A DNA stretch of 59,779 nucleotides from a bacterium (GCA_023249225.1 JAHFDA010000010.1:1-59779); one strand, 5' to 3'. Positions 36,905 to 47,049 are shown, counted from the first letter of the stretch. The notes: generated by a model from the letters alone, not told the origin. Program-made: numbers and translations.

Positions 36905-37948
36905 ATGTCAGCGCAAACCAATTTTCCTTTTCCGACGACTCACCCTCTTATCAACGAAGCCAGGTTTGCAGTGGACGCGGTGCGTCGGGCGGCCTTGCTG
37001 GCGGTGCAGATTCAAGGTCAGTTGGACGGAGCCAAGCTCAATAAGCCAGATTCCTCTCCGGTGACCATGGCCGACTTTGCCATTCAAGCTTGTATGGGCA
37101 AACTTTTGCAAGATCAGTTTCCGGACGATGTGCTGGTGGGCGAAGAAAGTGCAACGGCTTTGCGTTCGCCCACAGGTGACACGATGCGCGGGGCAGTCAC
37201 AGAATGGGTGCGGCGCTGGCCATCTGATTCCGAATTCAAGTTTGCTTCGGCCAGGCCCGAGCAGGTTTGTGACTGGATTGATTTTGGCCAGGCCGAACCC
37301 GGGCGACGTTTTTGGATGCTGGATCCCATTGACGGCACCAAGGGTTTTTTGCGTGGTCAGCAATATGCGGTGGCTCTGGCGCTGATGGTGGATCAAGAGG
37401 TACAGCTGGGCGTTTTAGGTTGTCCTTGTCTGACGCAGGCCCGTTTTCAGGACAGCCAGGGTCCGGGCAGTTTAATGGTGGCTTTAAAAGGAGCGGGGGT
37501 TTTTACGGCTCCCTTGCATGGCGAAATGGTGTTTACAGCGCTTAAGACGTCTTTGCGTTCACAGGCGGCCGAACTTCAGGGGCTGCGTTCGGTAGAGTCG
37601 AGCCGCAGCAGCATCGAAAAATATGACGCCATTTTAAATCGGATCGGTGCCACCAAAGCTCCTATTCTGATGGACAGCCTGGCCAAGTACGCCGTGGTGG
37701 CCAGTGGCATGGCCGATTTGGTGTTGCGTCTGGTGTCGCCGCGCAGCACGCGCAAGGGCGAGTACATTTGGGACGTGGCGCCCGGAGCCCTAATGGTGAC
37801 TGAAGCCGGTGGCCAGGTGACAGATCTTGATGGCCACGCGCTCGATTATTCTGCTGGAAAAATTCTTACGCACAACCGTGGCGTGGTTGCTTCTAACGGA
37901 AAAATTCACGCACAATTGCTGGCGGCCATCAAAGATGAAGTGGCATAA
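36905..37948 (+). CDS. 3'(2'),5'-bisphosphate nucleotidase (HAL2/SAL1-like, inositol monophosphatase superfamily)
   Basis: KPDSSPVTMADF, GEES, LDPIDGTKGFLRGQQYAVALAL, MDSLAKY and IWDVAPG. Confidence 0.9.
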   Translation: MSAQTNFPFPTTHPLINEARFAVDAVRRAALLAVQIQGQLDGAKLNKPDSSPVTMADFAIQACMGKLLQDQFPDDVLVGEESATALRSPTGDTMRGAVTEWVRRWPSDSEFKFASARPEQVCDWIDFGQAEPGRRFWMLDPIDGTKGFLRGQQYAVALALMVDQEVQLGVLGCPCLTQARFQDSQGPGSLMVALKGAGVFTAPLHGEMVFTALKTSLRSQAAELQGLRSVESSRSSIEKYDAILNRIGATKAPILMDSLAKYAVVASGMADLVLRLVSPRSTRKGEYIWDVAPGALMVTEAGGQVTDLDGHALDYSAGKILTHNRGVVASNGKIHAQLLAAIKDEVA

Positions 37949-37971
37949 GGGGCAGTTGTATACTAGAAAAC

Positions 37972-38934
37972 ATGAATCCTGCCATGCCGTACCGGGCACT
38001 GGGGCGCTGTGGGACCAAGGTAAGTGCTTTTGGCTTGGGAGGCTGGGTGACTTTTGGTGACAGTCTGCGCGATGTGCAGAGGGTTCGCGATATTATCCAC
38101 AAGGCCTTTGAAGCCGGCATTAATTTTTTTGATACGGCCGATATCTACGCGCGGGGCGAGTGCGAACGCATCATGGGTGAGGCTTTGCGCGAGTTGCCAC
38201 GCGAACGCCTGGTGATTTCGAGTAAACTTTTTTGGCCGATGAGCCACGATGTCAACGACCGTGGCCTGTCGCGCAAGCACATCATGGAATCAGTCGAACG
38301 CAGCCTTAAGCGCCTAGGTACCGATTATCTGGATCTTTATTTTTGTCACCGCTTTGATGCCGAAACGCCCCTTGAAGAAACCGCCCGGGCCATGGACGAT
38401 CTGGTGCATCAAGGCAAGGTGCTGTACTGGGGTACCAGCGAGTGGAGCGGAGACCAGATTAACGAAGTGCAGGCGTTGTGCCAGGATCACGGCTTATATC
38501 GACCCCAAGTCGAGCAGCCGCAATATAACCTATTGGCGCGGCGGCGATTTGAGCAGGATGTACTCCCGGCAGCCCGCGAATGGGGCATGGGTCTGGTGGT
38601 TTGGAGCCCTCTGGCTTCTGGGGTGCTTAGTGGCAAATACGATCAGGGTTTTCCGGAAGGTTCGCGCCTGGCCCGACCCGAATTACAGTGGCTTAAAGAC
38701 TCGGTGGCCAGTCCCCAACAGGTCGATCACACCCGTAAATTTAAGGTTCATGCCGAAAAAATTGGGGTGTCGCGGGCCCAGCTGGCCCTGGCCTGGCTAC
38801 TGCTGCAACCAGGGGTTTCAAGCGTTATTTTAGGGGTCACCCGCCTGGAACAACTTCAAGAAAACCTGGCTGCCCTCTCGGTTGATTTGACCAGGGGGGT
38901 GGTAGACGCGGTTGAAAAGCTTTTTCCGGACTAA
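37972..38934 (+). CDS. Aldo/keto reductase, Kv-beta-like subfamily
   Basis: GWVTFG, FDTADIY, GLSRKHIMES, YWGTSEW and WSPLASGVLSGKY. Confidence 0.95.
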   Translation: MNPAMPYRALGRCGTKVSAFGLGGWVTFGDSLRDVQRVRDIIHKAFEAGINFFDTADIYARGECERIMGEALRELPRERLVISSKLFWPMSHDVNDRGLSRKHIMESVERSLKRLGTDYLDLYFCHRFDAETPLEETARAMDDLVHQGKVLYWGTSEWSGDQINEVQALCQDHGLYRPQVEQPQYNLLARRRFEQDVLPAAREWGMGLVVWSPLASGVLSGKYDQGFPEGSRLARPELQWLKDSVASPQQVDHTRKFKVHAEKIGVSRAQLALAWLLLQPGVSSVILGVTRLEQLQENLAALSVDLTRGVVDAVEKLFPD

Positions 38935-38983
38935 ATGCGATCCTAGGTTTAAAGATTAAACAGGCCGGGAAATTCCGCATACG

Positions 38984-39526
38984 ATGTCTTTATCTAAGTG
39001 GCTGATGGGCGTAGGGCTTGTGGTCGTGCTGTGTGTGCCGCGTCCGGCATTTGCCGCCCAATATGTTCCCAAGCCAGTGATTGCCGAGGGTCTGGCGCGG
39101 CGGTTGGTGGTGGTGGCATCCAATGTTCCCGAAGCCTTTGACCTTAAAGAGGGCGACCCTAAAGCGCCTTCTTCGGCACCAGAAGCGGGAACAGTATCTT
39201 ATGAACTTGACGATATCGAAGTGGGGCTCTGGTATAACGATGGCCAAAAGAATCAGTATGCCCCGCAGTCGATGGTACGCAAGGGTGCGGGGGTGTGGCT
39301 GTGCAATTATCACCGGTCAGCCTTAGAAATTGGAAAATGGTATGGCAATATTTATAAATTGGACGTGACGCTTTGGTTTCAATCAGGTGATGACACCAAA
39401 CGCATCAGGCGGCGCTATAGTACGGCAGAGGGTGCCGTCTTGCAGTCCTTGCATGTGGACATTTCAAGAATCACGCCCCGAGAAATAAACTTGGATATGT
39501 CCAAAATAGACCCTAAGATGGAATAG
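38984..39526 (+). CDS. Secreted hypothetical protein, paralog A
   Basis: Signal peptide; shares YELD..GxWYNDG.KN and GKWxGNIYK with the next ORF. Confidence 0.75.
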   Translation: MSLSKWLMGVGLVVVLCVPRPAFAAQYVPKPVIAEGLARRLVVVASNVPEAFDLKEGDPKAPSSAPEAGTVSYELDDIEVGLWYNDGQKNQYAPQSMVRKGAGVWLCNYHRSALEIGKWYGNIYKLDVTLWFQSGDDTKRIRRRYSTAEGAVLQSLHVDISRITPREINLDMSKIDPKME

Positions 39527-39534
39527 AAAAGGAG

Positions 39535-40098
39535 ATGAAAATGAAGGTGATGGGTGGTCTGCTGGCAGGTCTTTTGCTTTTGGCATCGCCGTTGTATGCC
39601 GAGCAATTTCTTAAAGTGCCTATTTTTAAAGATGGCCAGTCGCGGGCGATTGCCGTCCATCTTGAAAGTGTGCCCGAAAGCTTTGAGCAAGAAACGGTAG
39701 ACTATATCGAAAGCCCCGGCAGCAGCGAAAACCTCACCACGCGTTCAGAAATAAAAATAAAAACAGCTTATGAACTTGACCAGGCCACCTTTGGCATGTG
39801 GTACAACGATGGTGATAAAAACAAGTTTATCGATGTACCTATGTACCGGCGCGCCAAAGGCCAATGGGTTTCTAATTTTCACCGGTCTTTGTTTTTTCCA
39901 TCCGGAAAATGGTTTGGCAATATTTACAAGGTGCAGGTGCAACTCGAGTATCAAAACCAGGATAACACCAAATCGTTGGTACGCATTTACAGCACAAAGT
40001 CCGGAGACCTGCTGTATTCACTGCGGGCAGCCACCATTTCTATGAGTCCTGCTGAATTGCTGCTTAATTTGCAAGGAGTCGACCCGTTGCAGAATTGA
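39535..40098 (+). CDS. Secreted hypothetical protein, paralog B
   Basis: AGGAG RBS, signal peptide, and colinear similarity to 38984..39526. Confidence 0.75.
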   Translation: MKMKVMGGLLAGLLLLASPLYAEQFLKVPIFKDGQSRAIAVHLESVPESFEQETVDYIESPGSSENLTTRSEIKIKTAYELDQATFGMWYNDGDKNKFIDVPMYRRAKGQWVSNFHRSLFFPSGKWFGNIYKVQVQLEYQNQDNTKSLVRIYSTKSGDLLYSLRAATISMSPAELLLNLQGVDPLQN

Positions 40099-41240
40099 AA
40101 TCCACACTAAGGAATTTCGCACTTTTTTTAGTTACTCTGCTTTTGACAGGGCTTGGTTTGGGAACGACCGAGTGGCTGGCTCGAAAGTGGCTGCTTAAAC
40201 ATGTAGGCGGCGACCACGAAGCCTATACCCGGAAGCATTTTGCCTGGTCCGGACAGGTGGGATATTACTACGGTCAAAATATAAAACTGAACGACCCGTT
40301 GGGGTTTCATGTGATTGCCGGTCCACCTTTTAACGTGGTGCGTAAGCATAATCGAGAATTTAGAATATTGATGCTGGGGGGGTCGGCTGTAGAGGGTTTT
40401 GACACCGGTCCCGAATTAAATTTACCTTCGGAACTCAATCGCCTGCTACAGCAGTTTAATCCCGATCTTGAATTTCATACGCTCAATGGGGGCGTAAGCG
40501 GTCACCTTTCGTTTACAGAAAATGTCCAGCATTGGTCTTTTCGTAATTACGATTTTGATCTGGTACTGGTCTATACCGGCTACAACGACATGTACTATTT
40601 TTTTATGGATCCCGACTATTATGCGCGTTCAGAGGAATATTGCCATCGTCGTTTTTCTGTTTTAAATCAGGTATCAGAACATCTGGCCGAAAAATCACTG
40701 GTTTTTGCCTGGCTGCGTCATAAGCGTGTGGCTGCTCGGCTGCTCTACGAGATGGTGTCTCAAAGGCGTACCACTGGCTGGGAGGCGCTCGACGCATCGA
40801 GTATCACCTTGTTTAAGGAAAATCTCTCGGAACAGGTGAGGCAAATCATTGAGCGTAGCCAGGCCAGGTCGATTCCGATCATATATCTGATGCAACCTTA
40901 TTTGACCGACCTGCAGCGGAGCCGACTCCTAACGCATTTTGAGATGGAGAAAAAGAGTGTGTATTTAAAGGATAAGAACGCCCAGTGGGAGGCGGTGGTA
41001 GACAGCGTTATGCCGGCGATGGTTGAAACCGTCAGCGGTCTGTGTCAGCAACAGGGTGTACCTTTCATATATTTTAAGGATGTCATCAGTAAGTACACGG
41101 ATATGTTTTATGACGATGTGCACCTGCACGGCACCGGCATGTCGCTTGCAGCCCTAGAGTTGGCTAAAATTGTGCAGCAAAAGGTACTTAAACGCAGTAT
41201 CGAGGGTTGGCCGATATATGGGCGTACATCGGCGTTATAA
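40095..41240 (+). CDS. Membrane-anchored SGNH/GDSL hydrolase-family protein
   Basis: N-terminal TM, ILMLGGSA (block I), NGGVSG (II), YTGYND (III) and DDVHL (V). Confidence 0.85.
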   Translation: MKSTLRNFALFLVTLLLTGLGLGTTEWLARKWLLKHVGGDHEAYTRKHFAWSGQVGYYYGQNIKLNDPLGFHVIAGPPFNVVRKHNREFRILMLGGSAVEGFDTGPELNLPSELNRLLQQFNPDLEFHTLNGGVSGHLSFTENVQHWSFRNYDFDLVLVYTGYNDMYYFFMDPDYYARSEEYCHRRFSVLNQVSEHLAEKSLVFAWLRHKRVAARLLYEMVSQRRTTGWEALDASSITLFKENLSEQVRQIIERSQARSIPIIYLMQPYLTDLQRSRLLTHFEMEKKSVYLKDKNAQWEAVVDSVMPAMVETVSGLCQQQGVPFIYFKDVISKYTDMFYDDVHLHGTGMSLAALELAKIVQQKVLKRSIEGWPIYGRTSAL

Positions 41241-41443
41241 CAGGTTTTGCCACAGCCACACTCGCTCCAGTTTTATTTTTGTCACTCAAAATAGCGAGGG
41301 TTTTTTTACATCCATTTGATGCATGGCGCGCAATGCGTGGCCGACAGCATCATGCCCGGCCTTGAAATCCACCTGCGTTCGCGCTTGTATCACGGCAGGT
41401 TTCCAAGCGTTTAAAAATTTTACATACTGGGAAGTTTGCATGT

Positions 41444-44400
41444 ATGGGTCTGTTGCGCCAAGTGACGGATGTTTTGCCTATCGAGCCTTATCAGGTATCG
41501 CCTGCCATGCGCCGGGTGGCCTTGCCACAGTTGGTGGCTTTTTTGGAACATGCCACCAGTCTGCCAGTCGAGCAACGGCCCGCGGTTGAACTCTGGGCGC
41601 AGGACTTTGTTTTTTTTGCGCGTGATTTCAGTGCCTGGTATGTGACGGCCAGCAACCGAGGTGCGGTGACCGAAAAAGATCTGACGGCCTTAATTCAAAA
41701 TCAGGCCGAACATCGCTACCAGAGTTTTCTTGAATCAGTCTGTAATGCCATCGACGCCATGGCCGGCGGGCATAGCGACATCGGGCGTTTTGGGGTGGGG
41801 GTCTTTCAGATTTTCCGTGAACTCGAAAACTTTGGGGACCGTATTACGATTGAGTCGCAGACGCAGCGCGGAACAGGCCTGCGCCTTGACTTTGAAAAAG
41901 ACCGCAGTGGTGAAATTCTGGTGTCGTGGCAGACGGTCAACAAAACGTCGCCTGGGGTCACGCTGCGCTTGCAAAAATCCCTCACCACAGCGGCACAAAC
42001 CGAAATCAGTGGTTTTCTTGAACATAAACTAAAACTTAACCGCCGTGTCGCCCTGCGACTTAACACGGTTTCCATGAACCCGTTGAATGACTGGAAATCT
42101 GTCGAGGGAGAGCAACCAGTCTACGGTGAGTCGCATGGGCAGGTGGACATCAGTATCAACGCAGCAGGATTTACGGTGACGGATTCCGGCACCGGCATGG
42201 ACCCCGAAACTTTGTTTGGCGTTTTCTTGTTGCCGGGCGTCAGCTCAAAATTCCGCTCGCTGGCCAGAGACACGCGCGTGTTTTACCGGCCGCAGCCCGG
42301 CCAAACTTCCGCGTCACCGGCATGCGTGCGCTTGCAAGTGAGTGGAGTCGAGATTAAAACCATCGCGATACCAGCCGATGCCTTTGAAATGCCGTTTTTA
42401 GCGGCCGAAGTTGTACTTGAACTCGGTGAACATACCTGGCTGCCCGAGTCGCGCAACGAAGTTGCGGTGGATGCTGCCTTTAAGCGCAGTTTTGAGCAAG
42501 CATTGGATCAGGTCTTGGCTGCGCTGGCAGATTCTGCACACGATTCCCAGCGTGTTGCGGAGCTGATGGGCGTGATTAACAGCCTGTGGCAGGTAGCCCT
42601 GGCGTTGCAAAAAAAGAACAAATCCACGTTACGGTCTGATGATCTCACCTATGTGATGCTTCAAAAGCTGCGCCCGGTCTTTGAAATGTTAGAGCGCAAG
42701 GGTTATGTTTTTGCCCCCGCCAGCGAAGGATTTTCAAACTTGTCTGCTGACGGGACAAAAACCATTTTGTTTTATTCCCCCGTGGTGGCTCTGGACGGGA
42801 GTGCGCTGTATCTACTGAAACCAGCCGCATTGCCGGGCGCAAGGCAACTTGCTGCCGAGACGGGTACGCATCACGAGGCGTGGATGGTGGATACTTCCGA
42901 CGAGTCGCCCTCGGTTTTTATGTCGGGAGACAAAGTCTTTATTGCGCGTTGGGCGTATGAACGCAACGCAGATGACCTGACCATGATCAACTTGCAGATT
43001 AACCCCTTGGGCGGCACCGGCAACGAACAGCCCTTGCGCTTGTGGCTGACGGGCGGAGAAAAATCCATAGAAAAAAAAGGTGAACCGGTCGAATGGTCAC
43101 ACCATCTGCCCGTGCAAAGATCCGGAGCGGTTTCTGATTTGGTGATCTGGAATCAGGAGCAGGTGCAAAACGCCCATGATGTGGTGGCCGATGCGCTGGG
43201 AGTCGTGGGTATTAAAGTATCCGAAGTCAACCAACACTACCTGGAGGCGCTGACTTTAATGACCTTGTTTGATCAAAGCCATGGCGTGGATGCCCCGCTT
43301 GAAGCCTGGGTGGCTGTGTCTAAGGCGCTGCAGGCGTTGGCGGCCCGTCTTAAAGCCCTGCAAGATGCGGGGCTGCCGGTTCCGGAACTGGCTGCCACGA
43401 TGCACTGGTTGCGATCTCATGAATTCAATTTCGAAAAAGTTCATGAAGATAACGACTTGTCTTTGGATGCATTTACTTTTATTCATAAGAGCCGGGGGTA
43501 TTTGGTGGGTACTTTTATGGCCCAGGTATTTTTTATTAGCAGGTATAAAGAGGATTACTTTAGCGGACGGGAATTAAAAAAAATGGTCAAAGGAGTCAGG
43601 TTTGGGTGCGGATACCTGAATGCTTTGCCTATACCGGAAGCACAGGATGATGGAAGTCTAGATTTCAGCACTGTCCACAAGGAGCTCAATGATTTTGTAG
43701 AGCAGCATGCCTGGCTGCGTGGGCCTTATGCTTTTGATCAGAGCGAATGCCTTGTCCGTAATATCTTGCGCGGATATAAACAGCCCCAGAATTATTTACT
43801 GGCCGCCTTTTTTGAAGTGGAAACCTTGCAACGTCTGTACCCCGAAACCTGCCTTGTGCTACGTGCATTGCTGGCAGACAAGCCCATGGAATACATTCAA
43901 GACTTTTTTGTATTGCCGTCTATATTGCAACAGGTTCCGGCAGACAAGCTGGATGAGGAGGCTTTAAACCGCCTGCTGCAGCGTTGGGCCCGCCTGTATG
44001 CCGGCAGCAAGCGTCATGGCGATGAACTGGCCAGGCGTTTTACGTGCAAAGGAATTTTTACAGATTGGAAGCGATTTCATGATGCGGTTCAATCATTTCA
44101 AAACAGTCCAAATCCGGTTGAACAGGCATATGGAAATGCCATGGCAGAGAGACTGCGTTACACGACAGACGTTGTTGCTTCGTTGCAGCTTGAGCTTCCG
44201 CAGGGTCTTTACCCCATGCTTTATGGGCAACCTTTTCCGCCCGAACTGCGCTGGGTAGAGTTTTTGCTGGCAGACAAGGTCAATATACTACCGGTCAGGC
44301 AGCTGTCTGCAGATCTGGCGCCGGGTACTCGTGAGGATGCATGGTTGTCTACGGCGGTACATGCCCGGGTTGTATCCGACATGGGCGGGTCTTTTCCGCT

Positions 44401-46315
44401 GGCGCTGTTTACTCTGATTGAACGCGAAGAGCGCGAGCAGCTTGGCGTGGGCTTATCTTTGTCTATGTTTTCGCGCCTGGCTGGCTTGTATCGCGGCCGC
44501 CCGCTCACACGTGTCGAAGCCCAGCTACGCGAAGTGATCGCTGGCCAGGATCAGGCCGAAAATCTGTTTTTACGTGAAGTGGCTGCCCAAAACCCGCGTG
44601 ATTACTTTCGCTCGCATCAAATACCGCGTGAGCAACGGCGGGTCGATGTGCGCCATGAAATCTGTGAAAGTATTGCGCGGGGCGTGGTGACAGACACATG
44701 GTCGGTGGTGACAGTAGAAAATTCTGGGCGTGTCAGTCTGGGCGACCTGGTTCGCTACCTCTTTCCGCTGGATGCCAGCTCTAAACGGGGCCGGGTCTTA
44801 AACCCGGAGCTTCTTACGGGCATGTTCGGGCGTGGGTTTTATACGGTGTTTGCCGATTTTGACCGTGTGCGGGTGACAGCGGGTGACGGTCGCGGGCGGG
44901 TGTGGGAGGTGGACATTGAAAAACATGTCGATGGCCGTATTTGGGTGCGTGACCTGCGTGAACGGCACGAAAAATTTTCTGGCTTGCGCGTGGAGCGTTT
45001 TAAACGCGTTGATCCTGCCCAGGTCTGGCAGGCCCATATGGAAGGCGTGTTTATCAAAGAAGATCTTTATTTGTACGCATCGGCGATCCATGACATGGAT
45101 ATTTATTACAACGATAATGAACGCATCAATGAATCCCTGGTGAATATCGATCCGCAGCCTATGGCGGGTGAGCCCCAGGTACAGTGGCGGGTCTTTCACA
45201 GTCCATGGCGCCGTTGTCGTGTGACCCAGGATCGGCTGTACGTCTGTGATCTTGATGCCAATTTTAACGCGGCTGTTCCCGACTGGTTAAAAAAATACGT
45301 CGATGACTGGGGTCTTGTCATCGATCTGCCGCGCACGCTGCCGCTGACGCGTACGCGCAATGCCCAAGCGGGTCTGACCGAGGCCGACCGCGCTGATTTG
45401 CGGCAACATGTGTTTCATCTGTATTTGCGAGCTGCGATCCACTGTTTTTTAGAGACCGGTACTTTGCCAGGGGGTCCAAAGGACTTTTTGTATAGCGCCA
45501 ACATTGGCATAGATGACAATGCCATGGATCTTTTGTTTGGCATGTCACTACCTGATCTGCACGAACAATATGTCGTGGCGATGCAAGCAGGCGATACGGA
45601 ACTGCTGATTAGAATCGAGGCGGTGCTGATCAGCGCTGGGGTCTTGCTGGCCGCAGAGCGTGTTCAGCATTACCAGGCAGATCCGCGGGTGCTGTTTCAG
45701 CTGCTTTCGCACGTAAAAATCATGTTCAATGAGCGTCTGCTGTCGATGGACGATGTGCGCCGGGCTTGTCTTGAGCGGCGTGATATTCCGGAACTGGGGC
45801 TCTTGCTGCGTGATACCGTTACGGCATTACAACCGATGGTGCTTGGCCGACACGAGCGAGACATCCACGAGATCCGCGATGATTTTTCAGGCCGCTCTGC
45901 TGCGATTGATTTTGCAGCCCGGTTTTTAAGTGGGGCCTATACCGATAAACCGATCAGCCCTGACCAAGTGTTGTTTTATTCAGGTTACGAAGGGGTAAGC
46001 ATGTATATGGTGGCTGACCAGGAATTGCTCATGAACATCAATTCCGAAGGCACCCGAGATTTTTTAGGGACATTCTCCGAGCCTGATGATGAAATCTCTT
46101 TGTTATCTTCCACGTCGTCTTTTGCCAGGGGCTGCCAGGTGCTGGTACACGAAGGCGCGCACCGCATGCAAGACGATCAATATGTGCATGACGAAACGCC
46201 GGGTGCCGAAGGCACGCAAATTGCCTTGGAATATCAAGCCCGCGAGCGGCTGATTCGCGCGGGGGTGTCGCCGCTGGCGTTATTGCGTCAAAGCCTAGTG
46301 AATAATCCAGGCTAG
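41444..46315 (+). CDS. 1623-aa protein with two GHKL (Hsp90-like) ATPase modules and a C-terminal HExxH motif
   Basis: ESVCNAIDA (aa ~97), GRFGVG (~114), DSGTGM (~247), REVAAQNPRD (~1044), GMFGRGF (~1126) and HEGAH (~1569). Confidence 0.75.
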   Translation: MGLLRQVTDVLPIEPYQVSPAMRRVALPQLVAFLEHATSLPVEQRPAVELWAQDFVFFARDFSAWYVTASNRGAVTEKDLTALIQNQAEHRYQSFLESVCNAIDAMAGGHSDIGRFGVGVFQIFRELENFGDRITIESQTQRGTGLRLDFEKDRSGEILVSWQTVNKTSPGVTLRLQKSLTTAAQTEISGFLEHKLKLNRRVALRLNTVSMNPLNDWKSVEGEQPVYGESHGQVDISINAAGFTVTDSGTGMDPETLFGVFLLPGVSSKFRSLARDTRVFYRPQPGQTSASPACVRLQVSGVEIKTIAIPADAFEMPFLAAEVVLELGEHTWLPESRNEVAVDAAFKRSFEQALDQVLAALADSAHDSQRVAELMGVINSLWQVALALQKKNKSTLRSDDLTYVMLQKLRPVFEMLERKGYVFAPASEGFSNLSADGTKTILFYSPVVALDGSALYLLKPAALPGARQLAAETGTHHEAWMVDTSDESPSVFMSGDKVFIARWAYERNADDLTMINLQINPLGGTGNEQPLRLWLTGGEKSIEKKGEPVEWSHHLPVQRSGAVSDLVIWNQEQVQNAHDVVADALGVVGIKVSEVNQHYLEALTLMTLFDQSHGVDAPLEAWVAVSKALQALAARLKALQDAGLPVPELAATMHWLRSHEFNFEKVHEDNDLSLDAFTFIHKSRGYLVGTFMAQVFFISRYKEDYFSGRELKKMVKGVRFGCGYLNALPIPEAQDDGSLDFSTVHKELNDFVEQHAWLRGPYAFDQSECLVRNILRGYKQPQNYLLAAFFEVETLQRLYPETCLVLRALLADKPMEYIQDFFVLPSILQQVPADKLDEEALNRLLQRWARLYAGSKRHGDELARRFTCKGIFTDWKRFHDAVQSFQNSPNPVEQAYGNAMAERLRYTTDVVASLQLELPQGLYPMLYGQPFPPELRWVEFLLADKVNILPVRQLSADLAPGTREDAWLSTAVHARVVSDMGGSFPLALFTLIEREEREQLGVGLSLSMFSRLAGLYRGRPLTRVEAQLREVIAGQDQAENLFLREVAAQNPRDYFRSHQIPREQRRVDVRHEICESIARGVVTDTWSVVTVENSGRVSLGDLVRYLFPLDASSKRGRVLNPELLTGMFGRGFYTVFADFDRVRVTAGDGRGRVWEVDIEKHVDGRIWVRDLRERHEKFSGLRVERFKRVDPAQVWQAHMEGVFIKEDLYLYASAIHDMDIYYNDNERINESLVNIDPQPMAGEPQVQWRVFHSPWRRCRVTQDRLYVCDLDANFNAAVPDWLKKYVDDWGLVIDLPRTLPLTRTRNAQAGLTEADRADLRQHVFHLYLRAAIHCFLETGTLPGGPKDFLYSANIGIDDNAMDLLFGMSLPDLHEQYVVAMQAGDTELLIRIEAVLISAGVLLAAERVQHYQADPRVLFQLLSHVKIMFNERLLSMDDVRRACLERRDIPELGLLLRDTVTALQPMVLGRHERDIHEIRDDFSGRSAAIDFAARFLSGAYTDKPISPDQVLFYSGYEGVSMYMVADQELLMNINSEGTRDFLGTFSEPDDEISLLSSTSSFARGCQVLVHEGAHRMQDDQYVHDETPGAEGTQIALEYQARERLIRAGVSPLALLRQSLVNNPG

Positions 46316-47049
46316 AGCAGTGTTTTAACTTTTATAAAAATCTGGTCAAACATGGCTTCGGTCAGTTTTCCGGTAAAGGTGTTTTGCTGGCTGGGGTGGT
46401 ATGAGGCTAACAAATAGACCCCCTCACCCTCAATCCCTCTCCCCGGAGAGAGAGGGATGAAAGGTATAGTAGCACCGTGTTTAAAGATGGGCCGTTTGGT
46501 GGGCCGAATCAGCCTGGCGGCCAGCAAGGCATCAAAAGCATTGTCGAAGCCGATCTTTCCGAGTCCGAGTACCACGCGGACATTCCGAAGCAGTGCAAGT
46601 TCACGCAGCAGAAACGGACGACAGGTTTTAAGTTCATTGGGAGTGGGTTTGTTATCCGGCGGAGCGCAGCGGCAGGCGGCGGTGATGTAACAATCTTTGA
46701 GCAACAAGCCATCATTGCGATGTTCCGAGTTTGCTTTGTTGGCAAAACCAGCCTTGTGCAGGGCGCGGTAAAGCCACTCGCCGCTTTTGTCGCCGGTAAA
46801 CATGCGTCCGGTGCGGTTGGCGCCGTGGGCGGCGGGGGCCAGGCCCACAATCAACAGGCGTGCATTTAAATCTCCAAAACCGGGCACAGGTTTACCCCAG
46901 TAATTCCAGTCTAAAAAACGTTTGGTTTTTTCGTGGGCGACTTTTTCGCGCCAGGCGACAAGGCGGGGACAGCGGCGGCAGTGGGTGATGCTTTTTTCAA
47001 GTTTGCGCATAACCCTCCCTAAATGTTGGATGCTTAAATGTGTATCCAC
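46312..47049 (-). CDS. Uracil-DNA glycosylase family 5 (UdgB-like)
   Basis: CRRCPRL, YWGKPVPGFGD, GLAPAAHGANRTGRMFTGD, CAPPDNKP and YHPSQQNT. The true start may be slightly downstream. Confidence 0.95.
   Translation of the reverse strand: MDTHLSIQHLGRVMRKLEKSITHCRRCPRLVAWREKVAHEKTKRFLDWNYWGKPVPGFGDLNARLLIVGLAPAAHGANRTGRMFTGDKSGEWLYRALHKAGFANKANSEHRNDGLLLKDCYITAACRCAPPDNKPTPNELKTCRPFLLRELALLRNVRVVLGLGKIGFDNAFDALLAARLIRPTKRPIFKHGATIPFIPLSPGRGIEGEGVYLLASYHPSQQNTFTGKLTEAMFDQIFIKVKTLL
46419..46458. repeat. Palindromic REP-like element (CCCTCACCC..CCCTCTCCC..GAGAGGG type) in-frame inside the UDG5 gene
   Basis: ATCCCTCTC/GAGAGGGAT 9-bp stem; translates as IPLSPGRGIEGEG. Confidence 0.75.

Noticed and set aside
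41241-41443. Possible structured RNA or 88-aa ORF upstream of the giant GHKL gene
   Set aside because: Only a short ACCTGC/GCAGGT stem was found. No recognisable RNA family or protein motif.
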